A program made the position numbers and the translations under genes. A stretch of DNA of 64,000 bases from Eutreptiella sp. 'Long Island Sound 2002'. Lineage: Eukaryota > Protista > Euglenida. Of this stretch, positions 58,846 through 64,000 are shown in pieces; positions within the stretch are counted from its first letter, which is position 1; every line of letters begins with the position of its first letter. Below the pieces are notes generated by a model, which ran no database searches, had not been told where the DNA came from, and saw only the letters and a list, made by a program, of their open reading frames with translations. The stretch lies in contig OZ038378.1 of the NCBI GenBank assembly GCA_964036045.1, positions 8,866,001 to 8,930,000 on the forward strand, read 5' to 3'.

Positions 58846-61350
58846 ATGGCCCGCAACACCTGCCCCCGGTGGATACTGGCTCAACACGGCGTCTCCACCC
58901 CCGTGGGCACTGGCATCTGGGCCCAGCTACAACTCCTCCTACCGCACCACACACACGCCATCCTCACAAACCACCACTGCGATCAACAGGGGCCACTCGT
59001 GGCCACACACACCGACATCCACCGACACCCGGCAGGCGAGGTGGACACCCTACGCCTCGTAGGGGCCACCATCACCATAGTGTATATCACCCCAACACAG
59101 ATGAAGATCATGGCCCAATGCGACGCCCACCACGCCCCGTTCCTTTCCGACCCACAATGGCCAGCACGCCACGTCTTCCAAGCGTACCTCCGCGCATGTG
59201 CTACGAAGGCAGGACGCGACATGCCGGGGCCCAAGGACATCGACACGGCGTACACAGCCTTCCAGCGCCAGCACCCCCGGCCCCGCCTGAGCGAGCACGA
59301 GACCCCCAACGACGGCGGCACGACGCAGGGAGAGCCCACCCCGTCAGCCGAAGGCTGGACACCACCCACCATCCTGCTGCTAGCACCAAACGGCCACAAA
59401 CATGCTACCCGCACCGTCCAGCGACACCATGCCCCCTGGTCCATCCCCAAACACAATGCACCGGAGACCGATGTACCACCAGTCAGTCACAGTGACCAGG
59501 GCATACCATGCACGTGCTGGCACTGCGGCCCGGCAGCCCTCGACACTCCGTGGCCCCTGCTGCACCTCATCTCCACCCACTACCGCACCCCCACCGCCGC
59601 CGCCACCGCCGACCAGCAGGCATGGCTCTCCCCCTGGTTTCACACGGTACCCCCAGACCACCCGGCGCACGTAGCCTGGACCCGGACACCCACGGCGACA
59701 TGGACGTTCACCAACGAGCGGGCAGACCCGGACAGCATAGCCATGGAGTACGACCGCTGCGACCCACACCGCGCAGGACCTCAGGAGGCACCCATGCGCC
59801 CCCTACAGCACAAATGCCCCACCCTCCGCGGCGACAAAGACGACAAGGAGCGGCGACATACCATCACGTGCCAGAAGTTCCACCCCAATACGGGATACCT
59901 CTTCCACCTGATGTACGCGTATATCACCCAGGGACGCCCAGACAGGGGCCTCCTCCGCCTCACCCCACGAGCCCAGGCCATCATCACCCAGGGAATAGGC
60001 GTCTATGCAGCGCCACTACTGCAACCCACGCAAATCACCGCCAGAACCACCCAGGGGAACCCCATCTACATCTATCACCCCACAGCAATCGCCCGCCTAC
60101 CCATACCCAGCGACACCGACATCATCTACTTCACTGACGCATCCGGCACCCAGCAACGCACCCCCACGGTCGGTTGCGCCTCCGTGCGCGTCACCCGGCA
60201 CGCGGACGGCCTCCACGTGGAACACCACACCGGGACCACCATCTTTGGGGCATCCTCCCACGGCGAACTGCGCACCATGGCAGACGCCGTCACCGCCACA
60301 CCACCACCCACGACGGTCCGGCCCCGCAACATCTGGGTAGTCGTGGACGCCACGGTCGACTTCCACCTCACCAGGCGCCTTGCGGACCTGCCCCTCCACA
60401 AAGCACTCGAGTCCGGCCTCACCACACAAGCGTTGGGACTATGGATGGCCTTCAAGGGCATACACCCCCAGGACGCCCTACACATCATCAAGCAGGAGTC
60501 ACACCGCTACGCATACGGCAATGGACGCGCAGACACGCAGGCCAAACACCAGAACACCAACCACACCCCAGGGCTCGAACGCGTGCGACTGGACACCCCA
60601 CACCACAGCCACCTGCAGCACCTGCCCCCGATACCCCTGGCCACACAGCCCCCCCAATGGATGCCCGAGGACACGCCGTACATGGATCGAGACAAGCAGT
60701 ACCACTACCCCACACCCATCCAGCAACTGGCCACCACACTGGGCCACCCAGCGAACACCGAACTCCTCCGACGCCTCGAAAACTCCGTCCACACCCCCCT
60801 CTACTACTCCGCCCTACGCCCGGATAGCCTCCCGGCACACCTACAAAAGCCCCGACTCCAACTCGCCCTCGAACAACTTCCCCTCCTCACCCGATACCAC
60901 CGATGGTATACGCGCCGCTCGATCCACGTCCCCGCAGGACACACCAAATGCATCTGCAGCCACGCGGAAGAAGAAACATGGGACCACTTCAAGGCGTGCC
61001 CCCTGTACAGAGGACTGGACACCCTCAAAGACTGGAACCCAACCCACACCATCGCACAGCACGCCGGATGGCTGGCGCAGTCCCCGGCGACCCAGCAACT
61101 CACCACCGTCCTCAAGCAGACGGAGGTGCTCGAGGCAGTCCGCAGGGGACTCGTCCCCACTGCCGTCTACACCTTACTACGCACCCACGCGGAGGACCCC
61201 CAGGCCACGGCGGCGCACATGCAGCGGACGGCCGTTGCCAAGACGGCGGAGCAGCTCACATACCGCACCCACAAATACCTGCAGCATGCGGCAACCCTGC
61301 CCCCAACAGACCAATCCCACCTCCTCAAACTCCTGTTCTACCAACCATGA
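58846..61350 (+). mobile_element. 5'-truncated non-LTR retrotransposon ORF: RNase H plus C-terminal CCHC zinc finger
   Basis: IIYFTDASG...SSHGELRTMADA...WVVVDA...KQESH...GNGRAD (RNase H); KCICSHAEEETWDHFKACP (zf-RVT-like); abrupt switch to C/A-rich composition at about 58835; no RT motifs inside the ORF. Confidence 0.85.
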
Positions 61351-61365
61351 GAACCTACCCCGTGA

Positions 61366-62655
61366 CGTACCAACACCGAACCCCCACCACGTCTACACAC
61401 CGTCCACCGAGCACAGCACTGGCACAGCACACACGGGCGCCACAGGCACCGCACACGCTCCCACCAGCATGCGCGCGCCACCAGCCCCCATCCCCCCACG
61501 CCGCCGTCCGTCCACAGGTACCACCAACCACCAGCCACCGCATGTCCCCTCTGCGTTCGCCAGCGGCTACCACAGACAGCCCTGCCCTGCAACCCAGACC
61601 ACTGGGTCTGCCTGGGAGCCGCGCACCGCCTCACCCACTGCCCCCACTGCGGGGACCTCAACCCCCGCCACCGCGAACGGCCCGCGGCCCCAGCCGCACC
61701 CCCCCCCGCCAGCCACCCCAGCTTTTTCGGGTACCTCACCGACACTCTCCGGGACCAACTGGGAGGGTACTACGTGGCGGACGCGGCGGACCACGCATGG
61801 GCCATAGCCGTGGCCGCGGGCAACACACCCCTGCCCCCCCACAGCCCACCCCTACGCCACAGCGGAGGCGGCTTGAACGTGGCGGCCCGCCACATCCTCC
61901 TCGCCCTATACCTCCACCACCGAGACCTACACCTCCCAGACCCACAACTCCCGGCCCCCCAAGCAGCAGCCCTGACGCCGGAAGCGTGGGCCGACACGGC
62001 ACCAGAGGAGATAGCAGCCTACCTCCGAACCACGTGCCGCCGGTTCGCAAACGCCCTCGGCCGACGGAAGGGAACACCCTACCCCCTCAGCGCACTCCTC
62101 TACCCGGCACACCACCCCCACCCCGCACAACAGACGCCCCCGGAGGGCTGGGCGTCTTTTCGGGACGCCCACCTGGCCACCCCCGACCAGGCCACCGCCA
62201 CGCGGATGGGCCTCACGGACCAGGAGGCCTACGTCAGAGGCCTCAAGACGAGCCTCCAAGAGGCACACCGCTGGCGCGCCGCTCCCCGTCGCCCCCACGG
62301 GGACAGGGGGGTTCACCCGCCCCCGACACCCATCAGGCGGAGAAGACCAAGGGGCACCGGCACCAGGGGGCCCGCCAACGCGCCCGCCAGCAGGGCGCGA
62401 CGCCCCGACCAAGGCCCGGGTCCAGCCACACCGCACCGCCCCACGCCCAGACCCCCGGGGCACACCAACAACACCACCACCACCAACGCCCACCACCACC
62501 ACCGTACCGCAGCACCCAAACCCTGCAGCCCAGTCAGCCACCACCGCCCACACACGTCCACACCATGCCAGGACCACCGTACGCGCAGAGCCAGGGGACA
62601 TGGCACCACCAACACCACCACCGCGCCCCCGTCCCTCCCAACCCCTACCCCCTAA
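61366..62655 (+). mobile_element. Open frame with a RING-like zinc finger, part of the same GC-rich element
   Basis: CPLC-x9-LPC-x3-HWVC-x9-CPHC at 61543-61650; frame open from 61366 to TAA 62655 with no ATG before the finger. Confidence 0.6.
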
Positions 62656-62979
62656 TGCCCCCAAGCTACAGCGACCCCCACCAGCTACATCCCCACCACG
62701 CCCCAGCACAACCAGGCCCCGCGAACCACCCACCCCACATAGCGCACATCACCGCACCACACCATCACGTGTTCCACCACCACCAGCCCCTGCCACCACA
62801 CCCACCAACGCCGGGGTACCACACACAACGGGCACACCCTCCACACCACCACCACGCGGTCCAGCACCACCCGCCGCCCCCGCTACACGGGCCCACGACA
62901 TACGAGCCACGGTACACCCCCATGGACCCGCGAGGAGCCGCGCACGCACACCAGCAACACCAGGGCCTAGTAGGAGCGC

Positions 62980-63480
62980 CCCACCACCACCAACAGCCCC
63001 CCCACCCACACCCCATACCAGCGAGCACCATCCACCAGCAGCCACCCATCACATACGGACCACAGGCCCACCCGGGGGCTCATGCGGTCGCCTCCCACCC
63101 GCACCCCGGCACCGCAACCAGTCAAGAACCGCAAGGGCCACACGGCGCACACACACAACACCCACACGACCCACAGGGACGCCCGGACCCCCAGCCGGCA
63201 CAACACCCACCCCCGCCCCCCCCACCCCACCACCACCAGCAGCCCCCCCACCCACACCCCATACCAGCGAGCACCATCCACCAGCAGCCACCCATTACAT
63301 ACGGACCACAGCCCCACCCGGACGCTCATGCGGCCGCCTCCCACCTACACCCCGGCACCAAAACCAGGCAAGAACCGCAAGGGCCACACGGCGCACACAC
63401 GCAACACCCACACGACCCACAGGGACGCCCAGACCCCCAGCCAGCGCAACACCCACCCCCGCCCCCCCCACCACCAACAG
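62980..63480. repeat. 246-bp direct tandem duplication (2 copies plus a partial third)
   Basis: ATACCAGCGAGCACC at 63015 and 63261. Confidence 0.93.
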
Positions 63481-63719
63481 CGCCACCCCCGCACCACCCC
63501 CCCCCGCCCCCCCCCCGAGACCAGGCCACGGACACAACACGCGGCAGCCAGCACCAGCCAATCGACGTCGATACCCCCGCCGACACACGCCACCGCGAAT
63601 CCCCCCTGCCGCGACCGCCACAAGAGACCCCATCACCGGACCCCACGCCCGACAACGACGACCACCCCCCCCAACCCACACCACCCCCCCCATCACACCC
63701 CGCACCACCAGTCGCCGCA

Positions 63720-64000
63720 CCGGCCGAACCCTACGCCCTACACAACCCCGCAGCGGTACGGCAGCACCTCCGGGGACTCGGGGAACAGGACGTCGTGCTG
63801 TACCTCCGCACCTCCGGCACCAGCACCCCCATCCGGGCGGCCACCCTGGTCCAGGCGGCCACCCTGGGGGAAGGCGTCAGAGACTTCCTCTTCGACGCCT
63901 TCCTCCACGTCGCCCGACACGAGCGCCCCCCACGCGCCACCCCAGACGGCGAGAGCCCGCCCCCCACGGGGAGCCGGATCTGGGTGCCCCCCATCGACTG
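63720..64000 (+). mobile_element. Start of a globular domain, possibly a Ulp1/C48-like protease, running off the window
   Basis: LGEGVRDFLFDAFLHVAR...SRIWVPPID resembles the Ulp1 N-terminal pattern L..WL.D.vI..y..ll...r+y; catalytic residues are outside the window. Confidence 0.3.

Noticed and set aside
58983-63994. Numerous minus-strand G/V/W-rich ORFs
   Set aside because: Antisense shadows of the C/A-rich retroelement; no domain motifs

Overview
Repeat-rich, intron-rich eukaryotic (protist-like) scaffold with one 200-N gap at 22253-22452. The main feature is a minus-strand multi-exon gene spanning about 41 kb (22 exons mapped by hand, 54171 to 13388; all introns GT-AG; phases consistent except across one unmapped central block; about 1220 codons without a stop). 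It encodes a fused carbamoyl-phosphate synthetase (CPS)-like protein: GATase, two ATP-grasp halves and an MGS domain. The catalytic residues of all three active sites are substituted, while the allosteric MGS domain is well conserved, which suggests a maintained pseudoenzyme. About 230 central residues could not be mapped and may lie in the gap. The introns and flanks are packed with mobile DNA: two divergent Penelope-like RT relics, a decayed APE-RT-RNaseH LINE with a Tudor-like insert, a 2.7-kb CCC..GGG TIR transposon with an intron-containing DDE transposase, MITEs, tRNA-derived SINE-like heads and minisatellites. The right end holds a GC-rich non-LTR element whose RNase H/zinc-finger ORF runs directly into RING-like and possibly Ulp1-like coding sequence. 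All assignments come from manual motif reading; no database searches were run.
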